From positions 64,728,001 to 64,792,000 of the forward strand of contig OZ249436.1 of NCBI GenBank assembly GCA_965235115.1: DNA of 64,000 nt, given 5' to 3'. Numbering within the stretch: position 1 is the first letter of the stretch; every line of letters begins with the position of its first letter. The notes under the pieces are model-generated. The model saw nothing but the letters and a program-made list of their open reading frames with translations, had not been told where the DNA came from and made no database searches. Position numbers and translations under genes: made by a program. Shown here one piece after another: positions 25,220 to 38,092 of the stretch. The DNA comes from Laetmonice hystrix (taxonomy: Eukaryota).

Positions 25220-27186
25220 ATGCCTTGGTTTTTGCATTTGAAGCCATAAGCCACGTCTACAACACAAAAATTGAGCTGCAAAAATGTCCAATGACGACGT
25301 TGTGCGGTGCCTAGCATTCATTCAGGACTGCTTTACAGCTGCAGACCACAGCACTCTTCCGTTGAATTTGATTTTTTGTTCTATTCTTAGTGGTTAATAC
25401 AATACAAACAGTCTGGGTCTTATGTGTGGCATAAAAAAGTGGCGGTACTGCAATGAGTAGGAACCACTCGAAATGTATAAAAACAAAAAAGCAACTGCTT
25501 TTCCACTTTCGATTCTCTGGTTTATGTGCTGACTGCAGACGTAAACCACATTGCATGGTTTTTACAAATGATCTGGGACTGACACGCCATGAATAGTAAT
25601 AATTTATCAATCACAGACATGTAAATGTTGTGCGTTAATGATGATGGCAGTAGTGTGTCTATTGGAGCCAAGGGACTTGCTTCACGCTTCTGATACTTTT
25701 AAAAGAGTTATAGCGTTAAACGTGCATTTTTGACATATTTTACTGTTGGGCTGGAGACCAACAGCACGCTCAGAGCTTGTAAGAAAGAACGTGATTGGTT
25801 GAGAATCTATTGACCAATCATATCAACATATCGCGCATGTCAGCATATCAGCATATTAACCAATCGGGTGGCGCCTTTCATTACGTGCTCAGAATGCACT
25901 AGCAGAATGGTCGTAGTGTTGAGTTTTCAACTCAACTTGGTAAGCCTTTTTCTGATTTGTTAGTTATTATTTATGAAAGAAAATAGTGTCTTAGATATGA
26001 TATTTTCAAAGTAGAACAGGGGTTAAACATGATTTCCCCAGATCACAATACTCGGTCCAAGTGCTGGGATCTGGGGTCACACACAGTGGCGCCGTATAAG
26101 AACAATAATAGTGATATTGAACTGAACAAATTGCTTTGGGAAATGAAAGTTTTAAGAATATGTGCCGGAACAAGAAGCCAACGTCTACTATTTATACTGC
26201 CTTAAATAAGAAAGTACAATGCATAGAAGAAAAGTTGATGAAAGCCCCTTTGAAAGGCATGCTCAGAGGAATTATTATGGCCAGAACAGAGGGTGTGATG
26301 TTGAAACGGGTGGTCATAATATCCATACACCTCAGTCGGTGCCCCTTTACAGCGGGAGTGATTTTGCTTGGTTGAATGTTCATTCAATGCCTTTATAATG
26401 GAGGATAAATATAACATATTATTTATTATAAATATTTTGGTGAGACGAGTCAAGGATATTTTTATGTTGCATACAGTGTGAGACTGTTAGGTTTTGGTCG
26501 CGACGGTGACGAAGGATGCGCAGTACGTGTCGGGAGAGTCGTCTTATTAAAACAGGGTGGTCTCATCAAACTGCTGGGTGCACCAATGTGAGCGTGTGAT
26601 TGATTAGATGATGCATTTTACCAGGCATGTTCAGAAGGCCGTCACCAGGGCAAGAACACATTTGTTGTCACCCATTCTGTCAGTACTCGGCCAGGGAAGT
26701 AATTCTGATCCACCCAGTCGCTGCGTGCACGGAAATAGCGGCGAGGATGGCGATTATAATGTGGGATGATGATGACTGAGTATAATGATGAGGATGATGA
26801 TGACTAATGCAAACCCCTGGTCGCCTCTCAGGATATCCCTGCCCTACCCTGTTGCCGAGCCCCACGCACAGGGGAAGTACTTAGAGCCTTGTAGCTTTGA
26901 TGCTAATTGAGGCAGTTTCCCACCCAACACCTGCCATAGTGCATCTGCCAGGGCAGCATTCACCTCCTGCCAGGAGCACCTCACGCGCACGTAGCTTGAG
27001 AACAGCGTTCTAGGCATTAATTCCCAGCAGTGTTCGATCTGTCTGGGGGGGGGGGGGGGCGTCCTCTCCCCGCCACCTCCAAATGAGAGAGAGATTTTCT
27101 TTTTCTTTGGGGGGGGGGGGGGGCAGCCAGAAAGGAAAATACAGGCCTGGCCCAGTCCTCAGAACCGTTGGATAACAGATTCTGCC

Positions 27187-27758
27187 TCAGAGTGAGGGAG
27201 TGCGTAATTTGTGTTTAACGCCCAGTGAGCAGTGTTTTACTGTCTCAGAGTGGGTGAGTGATTGCGTAGTTGGTGTTTAACGCCCAGTGAGCAGTGTTTT
27301 CCTGACTCAGAGTGAGTGAGTAAGTGAGTGGGTAGTTGGTGTTTAACGCCCAGTGAGCAGTGTTTTCCTGACTCAGAGTGAGTGAGTGAGTACGTAGTTT
27401 GTGTTTAACGCCCTGTGAGCAGTGTTTTCCTGACTCAGAGTGAGTGAGTGGGTAGTTGGTGTTTAACGCCCAGTGAGCAGTGTTTTCCTGACTCACAGTG
27501 AGTGAGTGAGTGTGTAGTTGGTGTTTAACGCCCAGCTATGAGCAGTGTTTTCCTGACTCAGAGTGAGTGAGTGAGTGGGTAGTTGGTGTTTAACGCCCAG
27601 TGAGCAGTGTTTTCCTGACTCAGAGTGAGTGAGTGGGTACGTAGTTGGTGTTTAACGCCCAGCTGTGACCAGTGTTTTCCTGACTCAGAGTGAGTGAGTG
27701 GGTAGTTGGTGTTTAACGCCCAGCTGTGAGCAGTGTTTTCCTGACTCACAGTGAGTGA
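27187..27758. repeat. Compound minisatellite, 9 units of ~58-67 bp containing a variable (GAGT)n tract
   Basis: GTTTAACGCCCAGTGAGCAGTGTTTTCCTGACTCAGAGT(GAGT)n recurs 9 times. Period varies with GAGT number. Confidence 0.93.
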
Positions 27759-28952
27759 ATGTTTTCTAGGACCGGGTCATTGCTGGTTGGGGAGTTGGAT
27801 CTAGAGGCACCCCAGTCACCATGCTGTTCTTGAGAACCCCTAACCTATTTTAAACCACGTATGAGCCATAAAGACAACGTTTCCATATATCCCCACTGCT
27901 TAGCCTGTCCAGAAAATTATGATGAACATTTTATAAATGGTCTGCCACCGATTGCATTATCGCTCAACCGTCCAATCGTCAATAGGCGGACCTGATTGGG
28001 CAATCGTGGCAAGGTGAGCCGAACCGAACACGTGCTCTCCACATTCACACGAAATGCTGGCTGCCGTAATGCCTCTGGTAATGCCACCAATATCGCTTGT
28101 GGAGGTTTGTCTTAATGGCTGCGATCTGTGGCGATGTGGGTGGTCGTTCTAAGTACGCCCTTAATGGACGGCAGTACGGCCCAATTAATTTATTGTAGAC
28201 ATCGGATGGAGCCAGTCCGCCTTTGGGAGGACAAAACTTTGGGATTGTTACGTGACTTGAAACTTGGTGAACACTGCCGATAAACTGGCCACACATGGTT
28301 CACTTAACAAGGTCCTTACGGTGCTCTTTGACGGCACAATTCGGAACGCCTGGCACTCAAGGAATTAATGGTTCAGTGTGAGAGAACCTTCCCTGTTTTT
28401 CATAAAAATGGCGGATACATTGACTGGGGCCAACAGATGAAGTCAGGCTGTATACCGCGATTCAAACAATTATTAAATTTCATAGAATATGTTATATATT
28501 TTCTGTATCCGGCACTGGTGGGTTCACGATGTAGGGACTACCGAAACACTGCCAAGCGTCAGGCAGCTTTAGAGAGGTTTTTTGCTCCTCTTAAAGGGAA
28601 CCTGTAACGTCGTCCATCTCCAACTCCTTGTCCGCGGATTTCATGCTTACCTTGACATTCGGGGTTTCCTTTCAATTTAATTTATTTGTGAATCGATTGC
28701 CTTAATCTTAATGTCGTGCCGAATTACCTTTAAACTGGATAGTGAATATACTCTTCTTGTTTATTGAATATATTTAATATTACGATAAATATGTCACATG
28801 ATAATTATAATCCGTGTGAAAATTCGTGTGAAACATCGCTTGACAATTGGTCTGACGATCGGTTGAGCATCAGATGTGATTCGGTCGGGTCGAAGTCGGG
28901 CGTCAATATCAACCTATAAAGTAAACTAAGGGCTCGGAGCCGGGAGGGGGTT

Positions 28953-30013
28953 TGTTCCGGCTAGTTATGTCCGAACGGCTAGTTATGTCCGACAGGAGAT
29001 ATGTCCGCAAAAAGGAGCTAGATGTAAACTGCCGGTCTCGCTCAGCCTTTGAATATCCATTTTAATACATCGCTGAAACTAGAAGAAAAAACTGGAACAT
29101 TTGGAAAGTTAACATCGTTTAACATCGAACAACTAAAAAAATCAGGGATTGGTCTGACTCTTCCGGGTCCAAGTTCTAACGTTCGTATCTGGCGTCTGGT
29201 GACACACGATAACCCATTGAGAGTCAACTGGTTTGGAACCTTGCCGCAGATTGAGCACACTGACGGGGTACGGGTTCTATTTATAGAACCCTTTAGAAGA
29301 GTTGTCCACGGATCTTCGAGTTTCACCCTCACCTCTCCCTCATGGACACCAACCGAGCCGACCTCTTCGTACTGTCAGGTTTTCAACAGCGTCTGTTTCC
29401 AGACTACGACCGAACGTGGAGACCCGAGTCTCGCCTTTCCTAGACAGTTGTACAAAGTTACTAATTGCTTTATATACACACCCTATTGGTCGGGTACTTC
29501 AGAACAGGTGTGACAGACACAGCACAGGGGTTGATCACGATATTAAACTATATCTCAGCGAAATCGCAAATCGTAAGGTAGTGCACGTTGTAGGTAAACA
29601 TTTAAGCATAGTTTTAAAATGCATTTTGTCTTGATTCTCAACATTTGGTTTAATGAAAATCAAAGAAACTTACATACATCCAGGCAACAACGACTCATGC
29701 CAACGTCCTATAGACGAAGGTGACACCAAGCGTCAATATCCACATTACAGATATTGGTGGTATCTGCGATGGATGCTGCCATCTGGTGGTCAGTTTTATA
29801 TAGGCGCAATCTAGAGGATAATCCGCGGATATGTCCACAAATGTCAGCTAAATGTGTCCGGTAATCCGGATATGTCCGCAAATGTCAGCTAAATGTGTCC
29901 GGTAATCCAGATATGTCCGCAAATGTCAGCTAGATGCGTCCGGTACCGGACATGTTTGCGGACATATCTCCGATGGGACCTAACTAGCCGTTCGGACGTA
30001 TCTAGCCGGAACA
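28953..30013. mobile_element. Non-autonomous TIR element with TGT...ACA termini and 5-bp TSD (Ginger-like, assignment tentative)
   Basis: GGGTT|TGTTCCGGCTAGTTATGTCCGAACGGCTAGTTATGTCC ... GGACCTAACTAGCCGTTCGGACGTATCTAGCCGGAACA|GGGTT. Three 41-bp subterminal repeats at about 29827-29943. Confidence 0.8.
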
Positions 30014-30557
30014 GGGTTCGACCTCTGGAACCTCCCACTCACTGGACACGCACATGGAGAGAGAACCGATTCTCAACCGATGGTACACAATCGTATGAAA
30101 TCATCGGTCGGCTTGTCGCCTTAACGGAATCGCAGCGCGGGGCTCCAGATATATAGCTGAACAACTTAAGATGGACATACACGTTTCAGTTTCTCTGAGG
30201 GCATGTATTAAACCGGGCCCGCCGAAAGGCGAGCACCGCCATCCGATTTCTCTAGATCCTTGTCGCGATATCAAGGATGGATCAAACGGATGAGATTCTA
30301 CAGATTCTCGCATTGAATGGAAATTGGAGACGGTCTTTGAATTATCTCACAATGCGCCAATTTGAGTGTTAAAATTCTCCGTAACATGAAATCGCCCAGC
30401 CTGCAGTTTTACACAAATTATTTTACACGAAACGTGTATTTTGAGAACGGCATGCGGGGACAACGCCTGACGTCATCAATCTGTGTCTTCATCGTCCGAG
30501 AGCCTTTCATCGGGTCTCCGCGTACCACCTATACGGTGTATTAGTGGTCTATCAGAA

Positions 30558-30718
30558 CAGGCACGTACCCAGGATTGTGCTTAGGGGGGGTTCCATCAGG
30601 ACAAGAGGGCTGCCCGGGGGCTACCTGTGTTTTTGCACCAGTCGACCTGGGGACCGGAGGGGGCCGGGGGGGGGGTTCCGGAACCCCTGGAACCCCCCCC
30701 CCCCTGGGTACGTGCCTG
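30558..30718. mobile_element. 161-bp MITE with 5-bp TSD
   Basis: CAGAA|CAGGCACGTACCCAGG ... CCTGGGTACGTGCCTG|CAGAA; G/C-tract-rich interior. Confidence 0.85.
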
Positions 30719-31629
30719 CAGAAGGATCGAAACCTCGGCTTTCCACGTAAACCTTTACGGGTTACGGGTTCTTTGGTCATTTGTTATAAAGCTGTAAAGT
30801 AAGTACCATTTCACAGAAGTTCTGAACTGGGATGTGAAAGGCACTCTTGTCTCACAAGCCGTGTTTGAAGGAGCCTAGAAGTTTTGCTTGACATTTATTC
30901 TAAACGCACTTCGCTTGGTGATTGCATGTCGATAACAGGTTTACCCAAACCTTCCCAATAAGATCTTCATCACTCGTCATGAATAAGTGTAATCTCAGAT
31001 GCAAGTGTAACGTTAAATTCCACTCAAACTGAAAAAAAACAATCACTAAAATATTGTTCAATCAATCTTTCTGCCGTGCCCTTTTTCACGTCCATATCAT
31101 CGCACTCTGCAATGCGATATGAAACCAAATCTGCTGGTATTCGTCACTGTCCATGCCCCGCAGTGAAATCTGACATCGTATGGTCCCTCGGTGTCCTTAT
31201 ATGATTGGTTCCTAAAGAAGTCTTACCGTTCCAATGTCTGGTTTGAGACACATCAAGGCAGAACCAGGAAAGCAAGAGCACTGAATGTGTGTAATATCAT
31301 TGTAATTAGCTTTCTGAAAACAACGAGGCGGGTCGCGTGACATGAGCCATTTGCCGCGGTAAACAAAAGGACAACATTTGTACATGACACGTCATTGGAA
31401 AGTTCGGTTTGACAAAACATTATGCTACCAAGCTATTAATTACCTGTCACATCATATAATAGCAAAGTGACTGACACAATGCACTGTATGACCACTTATA
31501 TTAGGTCAACACTACTGCTGAATCAAAATAATTGAATAAGCTGTATAATATTGTTTCACACTGACGAGGGCGGCAGTGGTGCAGCGATCTGAGAGCTATT
31601 CAGCTCTGGGCTGCAATCGCCTTTATTGC

Positions 31630-31733
31630 CTAACTAACTAACTAACTAACTAACTAACTGACTGACTGACTGACTGACTCAGTGACTGACTGACTGACTG
31701 ACTGGCTGACTGACTGACTGACTATAACTAACT
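31630..31733. repeat. Compound tetranucleotide microsatellite (CTAA)n(CTGA)n
   Basis: Direct reading of the sequence. Confidence 0.95.
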
Positions 31734-32243
31734 GCCCCATATTACCAAGGCCGTTTCTAACAATATAAGCATAACGTATATCAACAACGTCCACCTGCAC
31801 TCTTTGCAGAGCGCCAACTATCAAACATTTTGAGTATATCCCAGGGCAATGACACGCACTTTAAGATCAATACGCAGTTACCTGGTCCCTCCATCAAGCA
31901 GGGGCCAGCCACGGATCTCAGATTGTTAGATGTAAAGCACTCTTCGAGAGTAATATAAACACGAAAAAAAGTTGCCTGTCTTATCATTTGTAAAAATATG
32001 CTTTTCCGAACTCTAGCTCTGATCTCCGTACCGAAACACCGATGTCCACCTCCAAAATGATCGCACATATTTGCCTTGAATGGTGAGCTTTAAGGGGACG
32101 CAGTCTGGGCTGACCATTTACTAATCTCTCATTCTGAAAGGACACATGTGGCCCGCTGGCTAGAAACACGACATCTCTAACTTGAACCGCCTTCTCCGGA
32201 GAGCGTTATAGATATAAGAATCAATGATAGGCCTATAGAACTT

Positions 32244-32386
32244 GAATTACTTATATTTCCTTTTTAAATTTGTCATGTTGGATAGGGGGTTTTCATACTT
32301 TTGAAAGTGACGAAACACGGAATTGAAACGCATTACCTAATGGCAATGAGAATTTAAGAGCATTGCAAATATTCCATTGATCCTTC
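32244..32386 (+). other. 143-bp segment also found at both junctions of the 41-46 kb triplication (putative template)
   Basis: GAATTACTTATATTTCC...CCATTGATCCTTC matches 42845-42987 and 44450-44592. One substitution was seen (TAATGGCAATG vs TAATGACAATG). Confidence 0.92.
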
Positions 32387-35300
32387 AACGCTTACATTTC
32401 CGCTTGGAATATACTATCTTGACGCTCACTCGGAGTGAGGACAGAGCGGTATTTAACCACGTGGGATATCGATATTGGAAACATTAGTTTCAGGCAACGG
32501 CATGGAGCCTGGCTCAGAACGGATCAAAACGACGAAAGATGCTACCGCTGGACGGTTTGTCTGCTAAGGATACGTTGTTATCCTAATGTTATTGGAGATT
32601 ACAGTTGATCCGTTTTATTTTGTTTAAACTGAAACATAAGACTATTACGGTATAAATGTGGAGCCAGGCTATACAACGATAAGATAGTATTAGGCGGGGT
32701 CTACTTTGATTCAATTTGTTATAAATGTTCCACTGCATGCAGGACAGCCTGCGGACAACCACGACAACAGACATTTCCCTAAATGAATGTGAAAACTTCT
32801 AGACCTCCAAGGGGCAAGTAAGATTACATGACAGATTTTTGTCTACTTTCTCCAGTACTGTACCAAGTGGTACCAAACATGACATTTTCATGACGTCATA
32901 CAATGACGTCATGATATCATATGACTGTCGACATTCGGCAAGATGGGCTTTCGAATCCAGAGATATGAGGACCTGTGGTGACCAGCCTGAGGTTTGGACC
33001 TCCGAGCCATGGCCACTCAAAGACGAGGGAACATGAATCCACCCCAGACTTCCCGGACATGGACATAATGATGACATAATTATCAAAGATCAGACCTACT
33101 CCTTCAAGGTCGTGGCTGGTGCGGTCCCCGTGAGGCACACAACGTCTCCAGTGTTAAATTAGCATCATTACAACGGCCCTTTGCGTTAGGCCAGGGTTAA
33201 AGTGAGGGTGAGGGAAAATGTTGACAGGTCAAGCCACAACAACAGATGTGAACCTTGAAACATAGACCATTCCACTGGACCAGATACAGATATGAAACGG
33301 TAAAACATCGGCAATGCCGAGTAACATGAGCAAACGACACGACTAATGCATCTGATGGACCCCAAAATTCAGATCCCACCAAATAGACGAAATCTGCATG
33401 ATTTGTGTGATTTAATTCCTATTCTATGGTCGCCGCTCGGAATCGAGTAGATGAGTTGCGTGTGAGCGTCATTGATTCGTGCTTGCCCAGCATCGCAATA
33501 AATTACAACGGCCGCTCGACTCAAAGTCTGATTTTAAGTCGTCCTCCACACATTTGCCTGAATCATGTACCGTCGACATTACACCCCTGGGTGTAGTAAA
33601 TGCACCATTCGCTATCGGGGTCGTTTTTCAAGGAAAACTTTAATTGATTCTTCCATCGGTTTCTTTTGATAATATTCCTTTACTGATCCGAACACGCAAC
33701 TCTATTTCCAAGTCCACATAGGGATGGATGATTAACAAGCTGGGGCAGGCCCCCAATGTTCACGTGTTCCTCGTGTGAAGAAAACACAGATCTAAGGAAT
33801 AGACACGGTCTTCTGAAACCAGTCTATGCGGGACCTAACGGTAAAAGGTTAAACGTGCCATGTGTGTCAGGCTGATTCCCTACCCAGACGTTTCACAGGG
33901 ACAGACCTTTGTCCGACAAGTTGATGTTTGGGGGAGTTCGGCTAATTACTACACCATACTCAATATTCGATCGACCATAGGCCGGATTAATCATGGGACT
34001 GTGTAACGTCTGGGGAATAATGTGACCCACATTGAGGAACCCAATACATAGAGGAGCTCTCTTATAAATCTTCACAGATATTTCAAATCTGAAGTAATCA
34101 ACCCCCCCCCCCCCCCCCCAAAAAAAAAAGAAAGTCCTTTCCCGCACAGTTATTGCTTATCCCCACACTGTGTGGACACAGGCATAGTTAGGTAGGGCGC
34201 TGCGAGAGAGAAAAATTGGTAACTCACTTTGAAATTATTACAAAACTGGACAATGTAACCGTTCTCTTTAATAAACAAACCAACTTGTACAGATTGTCAT
34301 CTTGCGTAAACTTTGGTATTTCAACTTCGGCTGAGATATTTCAATCCTGTGGGGATATTGTGTTCATCTAAAGATACATCCAGCTATAGGGCATTCGGGT
34401 TCGAACGGAAAATGTAAATTGCCCTGTAAATCACAATACATGAGACAACAATCGCAGAGGGACAATTGTGCCGGATCCATCCAGTTGGAGTTCGGTCTAT
34501 TATGTGGATGCCATTATGTGAAAAGGAAAGGATATCTTAAGGGCAGCACTAAGAAACACGCACTATGATCAGGCTTTTAACGCGGCCCGCAGGCACCTCA
34601 TTGAAGATATGCCCGCCTTTATCGCTTCTTTCATATTCCGGAGAAGACGTATTGATGAAAGGCGGATATGTATAAGGTTTCCCTGTAGTTCTAATGTGAT
34701 TCCCTGCTAATTAGAAATACTGGTAAAAATGAGATGTGACAATCAGAAAACGACGAAAAGGACGAGCGCGCGAAGGTAAATACCAAAAATTATTTATAAG
34801 GAGCAATTCGTAAAACAAATTTAAAAGGCAATTACTGACTTTGACCCGTTGACGCATGCCACTGTATCAGTCAGCTCACTATAATGTTAGCATTCAAGTT
34901 AACTATCATTGTGCGGGTGTTCGTCACGTCTTCATATGTTTAGACTGATTATTGCCAGCTCAAGTTGTTTGCACACACAAAAACACCCAAAACACACAAA
35001 AACACACAAAAAAGAGAGAACTTCTTGTGTTAAATTACCAAACTGTCCTTTTTGTTTCTAAATCCGTTCCTACTTACAAACTACATCAAATAGGTAGTAA
35101 AGGAATAATCGTTTCTCTCTAAGGAAATTGTCCCCAGATATTGGTTCCACAGGAGAGACGCCATATAGACCTCCCTGCATCCGCTCCGTTCTGTATGTTT
35201 TCGTTGATCCTGAACCTGGCGGAGCCGTCCACCCGGGAAAGGTCTCCATTGCCCCCCGTACATCTGCATTATGTATGTTAAATTGATTTACGCCTCGCTA

Positions 35301-36996
35301 ATCACAGGTAGTTACCAAGATGCAGGACAGCGTTCCAGCCTTGTCGAGCTGGCTGGAGTTGGCAGCTCTGGTGCTTTCCGTTAGTGCCTGTTTTCTTGCG
35401 CACAGCCCATCATTGAGCACGGCGTATTGCATAAACCTTCACTTTCAAGAGAAGCAACTAGCACAGAGATGGCTCAATCACTTCCCACCTCCAATTGCAA
35501 TGTGTAAATTTAACGTTGGTCTTTTTAATGCGGTTAACAGCTCCAGCAGACGCGTCACCGTGGCTGGTTGAATTCCATGGTTACCCAAACATTTCTATCA
35601 CATTGGGGCGGATTGTGTGTTCCTTGGGTCAAGTAAACTAATTTGCAATACAACATATTGATGGAGGCTGATGTGGAAACAACAAGGCTATTAATGAAAT
35701 CCATCATCTTCATGCCACACCACCATATTTGAAGCCTTTCAGCTATCGAAAAGTCACGAGAACTTTTGAAGAAGAATGTGAATGTCTTGTTTGAGCATCT
35801 ATTAAAACATGTTCTTTGTAAATAATGTTTTTTATTATTGGCCCGCAGTGCGTTCCGCGTGAATCTAGTACGGCTTATTCTAGCATGGTAATTCTAATAG
35901 CAACCGGGCAGCATCATTTTATTAAAAAGGCGCAGGTGAAATGCACATTGCATAGAGAGTCAGGGAGAAGAGGTGACAACAGACGATGATCTAACCCCAG
36001 CAGGCGTGCCAGAGCCTGGCGATAGTAAAAGGCAGACGTATTACGTTCGGACAAAGACATTCTTTTTCTGTATATCTTAATGTATCCTGTACATTTAGCA
36101 GATTCGGAGAACGTTATCAGCGCATAATGACACTTTAGACGCCTGATCTACAGTCATAGCCGTTATCTTAGCTAAGGGCGGACGCACTCAAAGCGGGTGC
36201 TGAATCGACCTTAACGAGCAGGGGAAACAGGGACATCTGCTGCTTTCTGTATGATCCGCTGCGTGCTATCTGACGGGGCCTGTCTCTGAGCAGACTACCT
36301 AGCAGAAACAAACCATGCAATACAAAGCTTTTTCTTCCCCTAGCAAGTCTGGTTGTGCACCACACCATGATGTTTGTAATTGCCTCAAGGCATGTTCTTT
36401 GTACGCGGGCATCTTCTCAGAAACATCGCCAGCTGGTCCCGTAATACTACAACCGTAGCTACAACCGTATCTTAACCCGTTAACTATAGGGTTCCTAGGT
36501 CCGGTCCACAAGTACTACGTGGATTGAATTAATCGCCATCAGCACGGATATCGATATGAAATAAGTAAAGAGTGCTGTTGGAGTGGAGGGGCTTTGGTCG
36601 GATTAGGTCGGATTATCGGTCTTTATTAAGGCACTGCTCGCTGTCCGCGGTGCGGGTGAGATGGGGGCATAATCAGCCACTGCTGGCTGATGTGGTGAAT
36701 GGGTGGTTCAGATTAGCCAAAGTTATGAATGGGTATAGGTCAGCAACTCTCAGCTACAGTAATCGTGAATTGACAGCTGTAAATGCGATGTTGTGCCATT
36801 GTCCGCCGATGTTGTGAATGGACACTGTACACAGTTTCTTTGGACACTACCAGCAGAAGATGAAGAAACGAGTTCACCCGCTATCAGCACGGGCCACATT
36901 GATCAGCAGATGTTGCGACAGGATCTTCAGCCCTTCAGCGTGGGTCCAACCACGTCCAACTGTTCGGTGAAGGCGTTGTTTGGTCACTGTCATCAG

Positions 36997-37344
36997 GGCC
37001 CCGTTTCATAACTAACAGCGAACGCACACTAATAACGCACAAGTGCGTTATTAGCGAACGATGAAGATAGCGGTCGTTGCGTTAAAGTGTTTCATAAGCA
37101 TTTGCGTAATTGTCCCCGGTCTCCCCTACTTTTCAATTTAAGTATCCACGTTACGTATTTTCGTAGAATTGCCAGCTTTATATTTCATAATGGGAAGTTA
37201 GCGCACACCCTTATAGGTGCGCGTTAATTAAATGGTTTTAGAGGCAGACAACGCGCGCTATGCGTTGCGTTGCGTTATTAGTTATGCAACACATTAACCT
37301 CAAATAAGGCTATTTGCGCATCTGCGTTAATAACGCAGCTGCGT
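36997..37344. mobile_element. PIF/Harbinger-type MITE, copy 1 (right TIR missing)
   Basis: Highly similar to 57503-57873 and begins CAG|GGCCCCGTTTCATAACTA. It ends at GCAGCTGCGT, where the 35-bp array begins. Confidence 0.8.
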
Positions 37345-38092
37345 GGTGTGGTGATCAGTTTGTACGTTGGCTGTTATCTGGTGTGGTGAACGCGTTGTTA
37401 GGCCACTGTCGGCTAGTGTGGTGAACGCGTTGTTCGGCCACTGTCGGCTGGTGTGGTGAACGCGTTGTTCGGCCACTGTCGGCTGGTGTCGTGAACGCGT
37501 TGTTTGGTCGCTGTCGGCTGGTGTGGTGAACGCGTTGTTCGGCCGCTGTTATCTGGTGTGGTGAACGCGTTGTTCGGCCACTGTCGGCTGGTGTGGTGAA
37601 CGCGTTGTTCGGCCACTGTCGGCTGATGTGGTGAACGCGTTGTTCGGCCACTGTCGGCTGGTGTGGTGAACGCGTTGTTCGGCCACTGTCGGCTGGTGTG
37701 GTGAACGCGTTGTTCGGCCACTGTCGGCTGGTGTGGTGAACGCGTTGTTCGGCCACTGTCGGCTGGTGTAGTGAACGCGTTGTTTGGCCGCTGTCGGCTG
37801 GACGTGTGGTGAACGCGTTGTTTGGTCGCTGTCGGCTGGTGTGGTGAACGCGTTGTTTGGTCGCTGTCGGCTGGTGTGGTGAACGCGTTGTTCGGCCACT
37901 GTCGGCTGGTGTGGTGAACGCGTTGTTCGGCCACTGTCGGCTGGTGTGGTGAACGCGTTGTTCGGCCACTGTCGCCTGGTGTAGTGAACGGGTTGTTTGG
38001 TCGCTGTCGGCTGGTGTGGTGAACGCGTTGTCCAGCCACTGTCGGCTGGTGTAGTGAACGCGTTGTTTGGTCGCTGTCGGCTGGTGTGGTGA
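37345..38092. repeat. 35-bp minisatellite, about 21 copies (CTGTCGGCTGGTGTGGTGAACGCGTTGTTCGGCCA)
   Basis: Period 35. The 270-aa and 234-aa minus-strand ORFs are 35-residue repeat artefacts of three units. Confidence 0.97.

Noticed and set aside
28045-28340. Gypsy integrase zinc-finger region (KTNLHKRYWW)
   Set aside because: There is a single weak motif, with no HHCC completion, LTRs or other pol domains.
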